The notes under the pieces: generated by a model
Seen by the model: only the letters and a program-made list of their open reading frames with translations
What the model was told of the DNA's origin: nothing
Database searches by the model: none
Shown: positions 54,293 to 64,000 of the stretch, one piece after another
Position numbering within the stretch: position 1 is the stretch's first letter
Layout of the letters: each line of letters opens with the position of its first letter
NCBI GenBank assembly: GCA_964057225.1
Contig: OZ059894.1
Coordinates: forward strand, 22,258,001-22,322,000
Origin: Auanema rhodensis
Taxonomy: Eukaryota; Animalia; Nematoda
Reading direction: 5' to 3'
Length of the DNA stretch: 64,000 nt
Position numbers and translations under genes: made by a program

Positions 54293-54312
54293 ATTTTTCG
54301 GAAACTCAACAT
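54293..54312. other. 48-bp deletion junction, copy 2
   Basis: Reads atttttcg-gaaactcaacat. ORF offset 53489 to 56600 equals 9x351-48. Confidence 0.95.
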
Positions 54313-57300
54313 ACACTAATGCATCATTTTTCAAACGAACATAACTAATTTTTGTATCAAGCGTTTCTCAATGTAGTATAGTGCATTCGATGCGGATTTT
54401 TAAGCTGCGTCGATCTGTGTTATCAAATTTGCGCTAGCTTAAAAATGCACCGAGATATCAACTGATATAAGTTCACACTTATATCCTCGATTTTCACCCT
54501 GAAGAATTAATTTTTTCGTTGAATAACATTGTCCATCGTCTTTGCCTTAAAAACAGGAATCTAAAAACATCTACTTTTTGCTAAATTATTATGAAATTCT
54601 TCGAAAAAATTTTTGTCAAAATGTTTTTGGAAGCAATGTTGAGTGTACATGGAAACTCAACATACACTAATGCATCATTTTTCAAACGATCATAACTAAT
54701 TTTTGTATTAAGCGTTTCTCAATGTAGTATAGTGCATTCGATGCGGATTTTTAAGCTGCGTCGATCTGTGTTATCAGATTTGCGCTACCTTAAAAATGCA
54801 CCGAGATATCAACTGATATAAGTTCACACTTATATCCTCGATTTTCACCCTGAAGAATTAATTTTTTCGTTGAATAACATTGTCCATCGTCTTTGCCTTG
54901 AAAAATGGAATCTAAAAACATCTACTTTTTGCTAAATTATTTTGAAATTTTTCGAAAAAATTTTTGTCAAAATGTTTTTGGAAGCAATGTTGAGTGTACA
55001 TGGAAACTCAACACACACTAATGCATCATTTTTCAAACGATCATAACTAATTTTTGTATTAAGCGTTTCTCAATGTAGTATAGTGCATTCGATGCGGATT
55101 TTTAAGCTGCGTCGATCTGTGTTATCAGATTTGCGCTAGCTTAAAAATGCACCGAGATATCAACTGATATAAGTTTACACTTATATCCTCGATTTTCACC
55201 CTGAAGAATTAATTTTCTCGTTGAATAACATTGTCCATCGTCTTTGCCTTGAAAAAAGAAATCTAAAAACATCTACTTTTTGCTAAATTATTTTGAAATT
55301 TTTCGAAAAAATTTTTGTCAAAATGTTTTTGGAAGCAATGTTGAGTGTACATGGAAACTCAACATACACTAATGCATCATTTTTCAAACGATCATAACTA
55401 ATTTTTGTATTAAGCGTTTCTCAATGTAGTATAGTGCATTCGATGCGGATTTTTAAGCTGCGTCGATCTGTGTTATCAGATTTGCGCTAGCTTAAAAATG
55501 CACCGAGATATCAACTGATATAAGTTCACACTTATATCCTCGATTTTCACCCTGAAGAATTAATTTTTTCGTTGAATAACATTGTCCATCGTCTTTGCCT
55601 TAAAAAAAGGAATCTAAAAACATCTACTTTTTGCTAAATTATTTTGAAATTTTTCGAAAAAATTTTTGTCAAAATGTTTTTGGAAGCAATGTTGAGTGTA
55701 CATGGAAACTCAACATACACTAATGCATCATTTTTCAAACGATCATAACTAATTTGTGTATTAAGCGTTTCTCAATGTAGTATAGTGCATTCGATGCGGA
55801 TTTTTAAGCTGCGTCGATCTGTGTTATCAGATTTGCGCTAGCTTAAAAATGCACCGAGATATCAACTGATATAAGTTCACACTTATATCCTCGATTTTCA
55901 CCCTGAAGAATTAATTTTTTCGTTGAATAACATTGTCTATCGTCTTTGCTTTGAAAATTGGAATCTAAAAACATCTACTTTTTGCTAAATTATTTTGAAA
56001 TTTTTCGAAAAAATTTTTGTCAAAATGTTTTTTGAAGCAATGTTGAGTGTACATGGAAACTCAACATACACTAATGCATCATTTTTCAAACGAACATAAC
56101 TAATTTTTGTATCAAGCGTTTCTCAATGTAGTATAGTGCATTCGATGCGGATTTTTAAGCTGCGTCGATCTGTGTTATCAAATTTGCGCTAGCTTAAAAA
56201 TGCACCGAGATATCAACTGATATAAGTTCACACTTATATCCTCGATTTTCACCCTGAAGAATTAATTTTTTCGTTGAATAACATTGTCCATCGTCTTTGC
56301 CTTAAAAACAGGAATCTAAAAACATCTACTTTTTGCTAAATTATTATGAAATTCTTCGAAAAAATTTTTGTCAAAATGTTTTTGGAAGCAATGTTGAGTG
56401 TACATGGAAACTCAACATACACTAATGCATCATTTTTCAAACGATCATAACTAATTTTTGTATTAAGCGTTTCTCAATGTAGTATAGTGCATTCGATGCG
56501 GATTTTTAAGCTGCGTCGATCTGTGTTATCAGATTTGCGCTAGCTTAAAAATGCACCGAGATATCAACTGATATAAGTTCACACTTATATCCTCGATTTT
56601 CACCCTGAAGAATTAATTTTTTCGTTGAATAACATTGTCCATCGTCTTTGCCTTGAAAAAAGGAATCTAAAAACATCTACTTTTTGCTGAATTATTTTGA
56701 AATTTTTCGAAAAAATTTTTGTCAAAATGTTTTTGGAAGCAATGTTGAGTGTACATGGAAACTCGACATACACTAATGCATCATTTTTCAAACGAACATA
56801 ACTAATTTTTGTATCAAGCGTTTCTCAATGTAGTATAGTGCATTCGATGCGGATTTTTAAGCTGCGTCGATCTGTGTTATCAAATTTGCGCTAGCTTAAA
56901 AATGCACCGAGATATCAACTGATATAAGTTCACACTTATATCCTCGATTTTCACCCTGAAGAATTAATTTTTTCGTTGAATAACATTGTCCATCGTCTTT
57001 GCCTTAAAAACAGGAGTCTAAAAACATCTACTTTTTGCTAAATTATTATGAAATTTTTCGAAAAAATTTTTGTCAAAATGTTTTTGGAAGCAATGTTGAG
57101 TGTACATGGAAACTCAACATACACTAATGCATCATTTTTCAAACGATCATAACTAATTTTTGTATTAAGCGTTTCTCAATGTAGTATAGTGCATTCGATG
57201 CGGATTTTTAAGCTGCGTTGATCTGTGTTATCAGATTTGCGCTAGCTTAAAAATGCACCGAGATATCAACTGATATAAGTTCACACTTATATCCTCGATT

Positions 57301-58805
57301 TTCACCCTGAAGAATTAATTTTTTCGTTGAATAACATTGTCCATCGTCTTTGCCTTGAAAAAAGGAATCTAAAAACATCTACTTTTTGCTGAATTATTTT
57401 GAAATTTTTCGAAAAAATTTTTGTCAAAATGTTTTTGGAAGCAATGTTGAGTGTACATGGAAACTCAACATACACTAATGCATCATTTTTCAAACGATCA
57501 TAACTAATTTTTGTATCAAACGTTTCTCAATGTAGTATTGTGCATTCGATGCGGATTTTTAAGCTGCGTCGATCTCTGTTATCAGATTTGCGCTAGCTTA
57601 AAAAAGCACCGAGATATCAACTGATATAAGTTCACACTTATATCCTCGATTTTCATCCTGAAGAATTAATTTTTTCGTTGAATAACATTGTCCATCGTCT
57701 TTGCCTTGAAAAAAGGAATCTAAAAACATCTACTTTTTGCTGAATTATTTTGAAATTTTTCGAAAAAATTTTTGTCAAAATGTTTTTGGAAGCAATGTTG
57801 AGTGTACATGGAAACTCAACATACACTAATGCATCATTTTTCAAACGATCATAACTAATTTTTGTATTAAGCGTTTCTCAATGTAGTATAGTGCATTCGA
57901 TGCGGATTTTTAAGCTGCGTCGATCTGTGTTATCAGATTTGCGCTAGCTTAAAAATGCACCGAGATATCAACTGATATAAGTTTACACTTATATCCTCGA
58001 TTTTCACCCTGAAGAATTAATTTTTTCGTTGAATAACATTGTCCATCGTCTTTGCCTTGAAAAATGGAATCTAAAAACATCTACTTTTTGCTAAATTATT
58101 TTGAAATTTTTCGAAAAAATTTTTGTCAAAATGTTTTTGGAAGCAATGTTGAGTGTACATGGAAACTCAACACACACTAATGCATCATTTTTCAAACGAT
58201 CATAACTAATTCGTGTATTAAGCGTTTCTCAATGTAGTATAGTGCATTCGATGCGGATTTTTAAGCTGCGTCGATCTGTGTTATCAGATTTGCGCTAGCT
58301 TAAAAATGCACCGAGATATCAACTGATATAAGTTTACACTTATATCCTCGATTTTCACCCTGAAGAATTAATTTTTTCGTTGAATAACATTGTCCATCGT
58401 CTTTGCCTTGAAAAATGGAATCTAAAAACATCTACTTTTTGCTAAATTATTTTGAAATTTTTCGAAAAAATTTTTGTCAAAATGTTTTTGGAAGCAATGT
58501 TGAGTGTACATGGAAACTCAACATACACTAATGCATCATTTTTCAAACGATCATAACTAATTTTTGTATCAAACGTTTCTCAATGTAGTATAGTGCATTC
58601 GATGCGGATTTTTAAGCTGCGTCGATCTGTGTTATCAGATTTGCGCTAGCTTAAAAATGCACCGAGATATTAACTGATATAAGTTCACACTTATATCCTC
58701 GATTTTCACCCTGAAGAATTAATTTTTTCGTTGAATAACATTGTCCATCGTCTTTGCCTTAAAAAATGGAATCTGAAAACATCTACTTTTTGCTAAATTA
58801 TTTTG

Positions 58806-58822
58806 AAATTTTTGAAAAAATT
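58806..58822. other. 1-bp deletion (C of TTCGAA, mp293)
   Basis: Reads aaatttttgaaaaaa instead of aaatttttcgaaaaaa. ORF offset 57653 to 59407 equals 5x351-1. Confidence 0.9.
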
Positions 58823-61800
58823 TTTGTCAAAATGTTTTTGGAAGCAATGTTGAGTGTACATGGAAACTCAACACACACTAATGCATCATTTTTCAAACGA
58901 TCATAACTAATTTGTGTATTAAGCGTTTCTCAATGTAGTATAGTGCATTCGATGCGGATTTTTAAGCTGCGTCGATCTGTGTTATCAGATTTGCGCTAGC
59001 TTAAAAATGCACCGAGATATCAACTGATATAAGTTCACACTTATATCCTCGATTTTCACCCTGAAGAATTAATTTTTTCGTTGAATAACATTGTCCATCG
59101 TCTTTGCCTTAAAAAAAGGAATCTAAAAACATCTACTTTTTGCTAAATTATTTTGAAATTTTTCGAAAAAATTTTTGTCAAAATGTTTTTGGAAGCAATG
59201 TTGAGTGTACATGGAAACTCAACATACACTAATGCATCATTTTTCAAACGATCATAACTAATTTTTGTATCAAACGTTTCTCAATGTAGTATAGTGCATT
59301 CGATGCGGATTTTTAAGCTGCGTCGATCTGTTTTATCAGATTTGCGCTAGCTTAAAAATGCACCGAGATATCAACTGATATAAGTTCACACTTATATCCT
59401 CGATTTTCACCCTGAAGAATTAATTTTTTCGTTGAATAACATTGTCCATCGTCTTTGCCTTGAAAAAAGGAATCTAAAAACATCTACTTTTTGCTGAATT
59501 ATTTTGAAATTTTTCGAAAAAATTTTTGTCAAAATGTTTTTGGAAGCAATGTTGAGTGTACATGGAAACTCAACATACACTAATGCATCATTTTTCAAAC
59601 GATCATAACTAATTTTTGTATTAAGCGTTTCTCAAAGTAGTATAGTGCATTCGATGCGGATTTTTAAGCTGCGTTGATCTGTGTTATCAGATTTGCGCTA
59701 GCTTAAAAATGCACCGAGATATCAACTGATAAAAGTTTACACTTATATCCTCGATTTTCACCCTGAAGAATTAATTTTTTCGTTGAATGACATTGTCCAT
59801 CGTCTTTGCCTTGAAAAATGGAATCTAAAAACATCTACTTTTTGCTAAATTATTTTGAAATTTTTCGAAAAAATTTTTGTCAAAATGTTTTTGGAAGCAA
59901 TGTTGAGTGTACATGGAAACTCAACACACACTAATGCATCATTTTTCAAACGATCATAACTAATTTGTGTATTAAGCGTTTCTCAATGTAGTATAGTGCA
60001 TTCGATGCGGATTTTTAAGCTGCGTCGATCTGTGTTATCAGATTTGCGCTAGCTTAAAAATGCACCGAGATATCAACTGATATAAGTTCACACTTATATC
60101 CTCGATTTTCACCCTGAAGAATTAATTTTTTCGTTGAATAACATTGTCCATCGTCTTTGCCTTAAAAAAAGAAATCTAAAAACATCTACTTTTTGCTAAA
60201 TTATTTTGAAATTTTTCGAAAAAATTTTTGTCAAAATGTTTTTGGAAGCAATGTTGAGTGTACATGGAAACTCAACATACACTAATGCATCATTTTTCAA
60301 ACGATCATAACTAATTTTTGTATCAAACGTTTCTCAATGTAGTATAGTGCATTCGATGCGGATTTTTAAGCTGCGTCGATCTGTGTTATCAGATTTGCGC
60401 TAGCTTAAAAATGCACCGAGATATCAACTGATATAAGTTCACACTTATATCCTCGATTTTCACCCTGAAGAATTAATTTTTTCGTTGAATAACATTGTCC
60501 ATCGTCTTTGCCTTGAAAAAAGGAATCTAAAAACATCTACTTTTTGCTGAATTATTTTGAAATTTTTCGAAAAAATTTTTGTCAAAATGTTTTTGGAAGC
60601 AATGTTGAGTGTACATGGAAACTCAACATACACTAATGCATCATTTTTCAAACGATCATAACTAATTTGTGTATTAAACGTTTCTCAATGTAGTATAGTG
60701 CATTCGATGCGGATTTTTAAGCTGCGTTGATCTGTGTTATCAGATTTGCGCTAGCTTAAAAATGCACCGAGATATCAACTGATATAAGTTTACACTTATA
60801 TCCTCGATTTTCACCCTGAAGAATTAATTTTTTCGTTGAATGACATTGTCCATCGTCTTTGCCTTGAAAAATGGAATCTAAAAACATCTACTTTTTGCTA
60901 AATTATTTTGAAATTTTTCGAAAAAATTTTTGTCAAAATGTTTTTGGAAGCAATGTTGAGTGTACATGGAAACTCAACACACACTAATGCATCATTTTTC
61001 AAACGATCATAACTAATTTGTGTATTAAGCGTTTCTCAATGTAGTATAGTGCATTCGATGCGGATTTTTAAGCTGCGTCGATCTGTGTTATCAGATTTGC
61101 GCTAGCTTAAAAATGCACCGAGATATCAACTGATATAAGTTCACACTTATATCCTCGATTTTCACCCTGAAGAATTAATTTTTTCGTTGAATAACATTGT
61201 CCATCGTCTTTGCCTTAAAAAAAGAAATCTAAAAACATCTACTTTTTGCTAAATTATTTTGAAATTTTTCGAAAAAATTTTTGTCAAAATGTTTTTGGAA
61301 GCAATGTTGAGTGTACATGGAAACTCAACATACACTAATGCATCATTTTTCAAACGATCATAACTAATTTTTGTATCAAACGTTTCTCAATGTAGTATAG
61401 TGCATTCGATGCGGATTTTTAAGCTGCGTCGATCTGTGTTATCAGATTTGCGCTAGCTTAAAAATGCACCGAGATATCAACTGATATAAGTTCACACTTA
61501 TATCCTCGATTTTCACCCTGAAGAATTAATTTTTTCGTTGAATAACATTGTCCATCGTCTTTGCCTTGAAAAAAGGAATCTAAAAACATCTACTTTTTGC
61601 TGAATTATTTTGAAATTTTTCGAAAAAATTTTTGTCAAAATGTTTTTGGAAGCAATGTTGAGTGTACATGGAAACTCAACATACACTAATGCATCATTTT
61701 TCAAACGATCATAACTAATTTTTGTATTAAGCGTTTCTCAATGTAGTATAGTGCATTCGATGCGGATTTTTAAGCTGCGTCGATCTGTGTTATCAGATTT

Positions 61801-64000
61801 GCGCTAGCTTAAAAATGCACCGAGATATCAACTGATAAAAGTTTACACTTATATCCTCGATTTTCACCCTGAAGAATTAATTTTTTCGTTGAATAACATT
61901 GTCCATCGTCTTTGCCTTGAAAAATGGAATCTAAAAACATCTACTTTTTGCTAAATTATTTTGAAATTTTTCGAAAAAATTTTTGTCAAAATGTTTTTGG
62001 AAGCAATGTTGAGTGTACATGGAAACTCAACACACACTAATGCATCATTTTTCAAACGATCATAACTAATTTGTGTATTAAGCGTTTCTCAATGTAGTAT
62101 AGTGCATTCGATGCGGATTTTTAAGCTGCGTCGATCTGTGTTATCAGATTTGCGCTAGCTTAAAAATGCACCGAGATATCAACTGATATAAGTTTACACT
62201 TATATCCTCGATTTTCACCCTGAAGAATTAATTTTTTCGTTGAATGACATTGTCCATCGTCTTTGCCTTGAAAAATGGAATCTAAAAACATCTACTTTTT
62301 GCTAAATTATTTTGAAATTTTTCGAAAAAATTTTTGTCAAAATGTTTTTGGAGGCAATGTTGAGTGTACATGGAAACTCAACACACACTAATGCATCATT
62401 TTTCAAACGATCATAACTAATTTGTGTATTAAGCGTTTCTCAATGTAGTATAGTGCATTCGATGCGGATTTTTAAGCTGCGTCGATCTGTGTTATCAGAT
62501 TTGCGCTAGCTTAAAAATGCACCGAGATATCAACTGATATAAGTTCACACTTATATCCTCGATTTTCACCCTGAAGAATTAATTTTTTCGTTGAATAACA
62601 TTGTCCATCGTCTTTGCCTTAAAAAATGGAATCTAAAAACATCTACTTTTTGCTAAATTATTTTGAAATTTTTCGAAAAAATTTTTGTCAAAATGTTTTT
62701 GGAAGCAATGTTGAGTGTACATGGAAACTCAACATACACTAATGCATCATTTTTCAAACGATCATAACTAATTTTTGTATTAAGCGTTTCTCAATGTAGT
62801 ATAGTGCATTCGATGCGGATTTTTAAGCTGCGTCGATCTGTGTTATCAGATTTGCGCTAGCTTAAAAATGCACCGAGATATCAACTGATATAAGTTTACA
62901 CTTATATCCTCGATTTTCACCCTGAAGAATTAATTTTTTCGTTGAATAACATTGTCCTTCGTCTTTGCCTTGAAAAATGGAATCTAAAAACATCTACTTT
63001 TTGCTAAATTATTTCGAAATTTTTCGAAAAAATTTTTGTCAAAATGTTTTTGGAAGCAATGTTGAGTGTACATGGAAACTCAACACACACTAATGCATCA
63101 TTTTTCAAACGATCATAACTAATTTGTGTATTAAGCGTTTCTCAATGTAGTATAGTGCATTCGATGCGGATTTTTAAGCTGCGTCGATCTGTGTTATCAG
63201 ATTTGCGCTAGCTTAAAAATGCACCGAGATATCAACTGATATAAGTTCACACTTATATCCTCGATTTTCACCCTGAAGAATTAATTTTTTCGTTGAATAA
63301 CATTGTCCATCGTCTTTGCCTTAAAAAATGGAATCTAAAAACATCTACTTTTTGCTAAATTATTTTGAAATTTTTCGAAAAAATTTTTGTCAAAATGTTT
63401 TTGGAAGCAATGTTGAGTGTACATGGAAACTCAACACACACTAATGCATCATTTTTCAAACGATCATAACTAATTTGTGTATTAAGCGTTTCTCAATGTA
63501 GTATAGTGCATTCGATGCGGATTTTTAAGCTGCGTCGATCTGTGTTATCAGATTTGCGCTAGCTTAAAAATGCACCGAGATATCAACTGATATAAGTTTA
63601 CACTTATATCCTCGATTTTCACCCTGAAGAATTAATTTTTTCGTTGAATAACATTGTCCATCGTCTTTGCCTTGAAAAATGGAATCTAAAAACATCTACT
63701 TTTTGCTAAATTATTTTGAAATTTTTCGAAAAAATTTTTGTCAAAATGTTTTTGGAAGCAATGTTGAGTGTACATGGAAACTCAACACACACTAATGCAT
63801 CATTTTTCAAACGATCATAACTAATTTGTGTATTAAGCGTTTCTCAATGTAGTATAGTGCATTCGATGCGGATTTTTAAGCTGCGTCGATCTGTGTTATC
63901 AGATTTGCGCTAGCTTAAAAATGCACCGAGATATCAACTGATATAAGTTCACACTTATATCCTCGATTTTCACCCTGAAGAATTAATTTTTTCGTTGAAT

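Larger units (their letters stand above)
48870..55905. repeat. 10-monomer (3462-bp) tandem duplication carrying a 303-bp truncated monomer; boundaries approximate
   Basis: An identical 48-bp deletion junction (ttttcg|gaaactc) at 50838 and 54300. Private SNPs gcattTgat, atcGagcg, gctaCctt and ttttCtcg recur 3462 bp apart (10x351-48). Confidence 0.93.
1..64000. repeat. Satellite DNA: head-to-tail tandem array of a 351-bp AT-rich monomer, about 182.6 copies, running off both window edges
   Basis: Sequence 1-351 recurs at 352, 703, 1054 and onward. ORF-track offsets are exact multiples of 351, except after deletions at about 50838 (-48), 54300 (-48) and 58813 (-1). Monomer 1 has 56 C and 54 G in 351 bp. 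Consensus monomer carries NsiI (mp10), NheI (mp124), EcoRV (mp145), BstBI (mp291) and BsrGI (mp335) sites. Confidence 0.99.

Noticed and set aside
536-61704. 83 copies of a 63-aa minus-strand ORF (MKNDALVYVEF...) as a tandem gene array
   Set aside because: The start codon is TTG. The ORF is broken by a CAG>TAG SNP (mp274) in over half of the monomers. Common variants are mostly amino-acid changing, no domain is recognisable, and the F/K/I/N-rich composition reflects A/T tracts.
1-64000. Giant repetitive protein (351 = 117 codons; 48-bp deletion in frame), possibly under an alternative genetic code
   Set aside because: TAA/TAG occur in all six frames. TGA is present in five frames, and in the sixth it occurs in roughly half of the monomers. 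Neither TGA=Trp nor TAA/TAG=Gln gives a continuous frame.
1-64000. CRISPR array or other repeat-spacer/cassette system
   Set aside because: There are no unique spacers or cassettes: the entire 351 bp is repeated, and no cas or integrase genes are present.
1-64000. Pure assembly or concatemer artefact
   Set aside because: Monomers carry linked, regionally structured SNP haplotypes and shared deletions consistent with real duplication history. Individual block copy numbers still need read support.

Overview
The entire 64-kb window is one uninterrupted head-to-tail tandem array (satellite DNA) of a 351-bp, AT-rich monomer (hand count about 31% GC), about 182.6 copies in one orientation and near-identical. 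I see no genes, RNA genes, transposon insertions or unique DNA. The 83 minus-strand 63-aa ORFs are a by-product of the repeat: they start at TTG, and their presence depends on one CAG/TAG SNP at monomer position 274. Monomer positions (mp) are counted from window base 1, so monomer n starts at 1+351(n-1) until the first deletion at about 50.8 kb. Main observations: (i) the monomer is a chain of inverted repeats; (ii) shared SNPs record nested 3-, 4-, 5-, 6-, 7-, 10- and 13-monomer duplications rather than one fixed higher-order repeat; (iii) a chimeric monomer pins a crossover to under 50 bp; (iv) all three length changes fall at the centre of one palindrome; (v) a doublet SNP perfects a quasi-palindrome; (vi) CpG is not depleted, which suggests a eukaryote with little CpG methylation. 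I cannot name the satellite family or organism, and I found no evidence for a novel protein-coding system.
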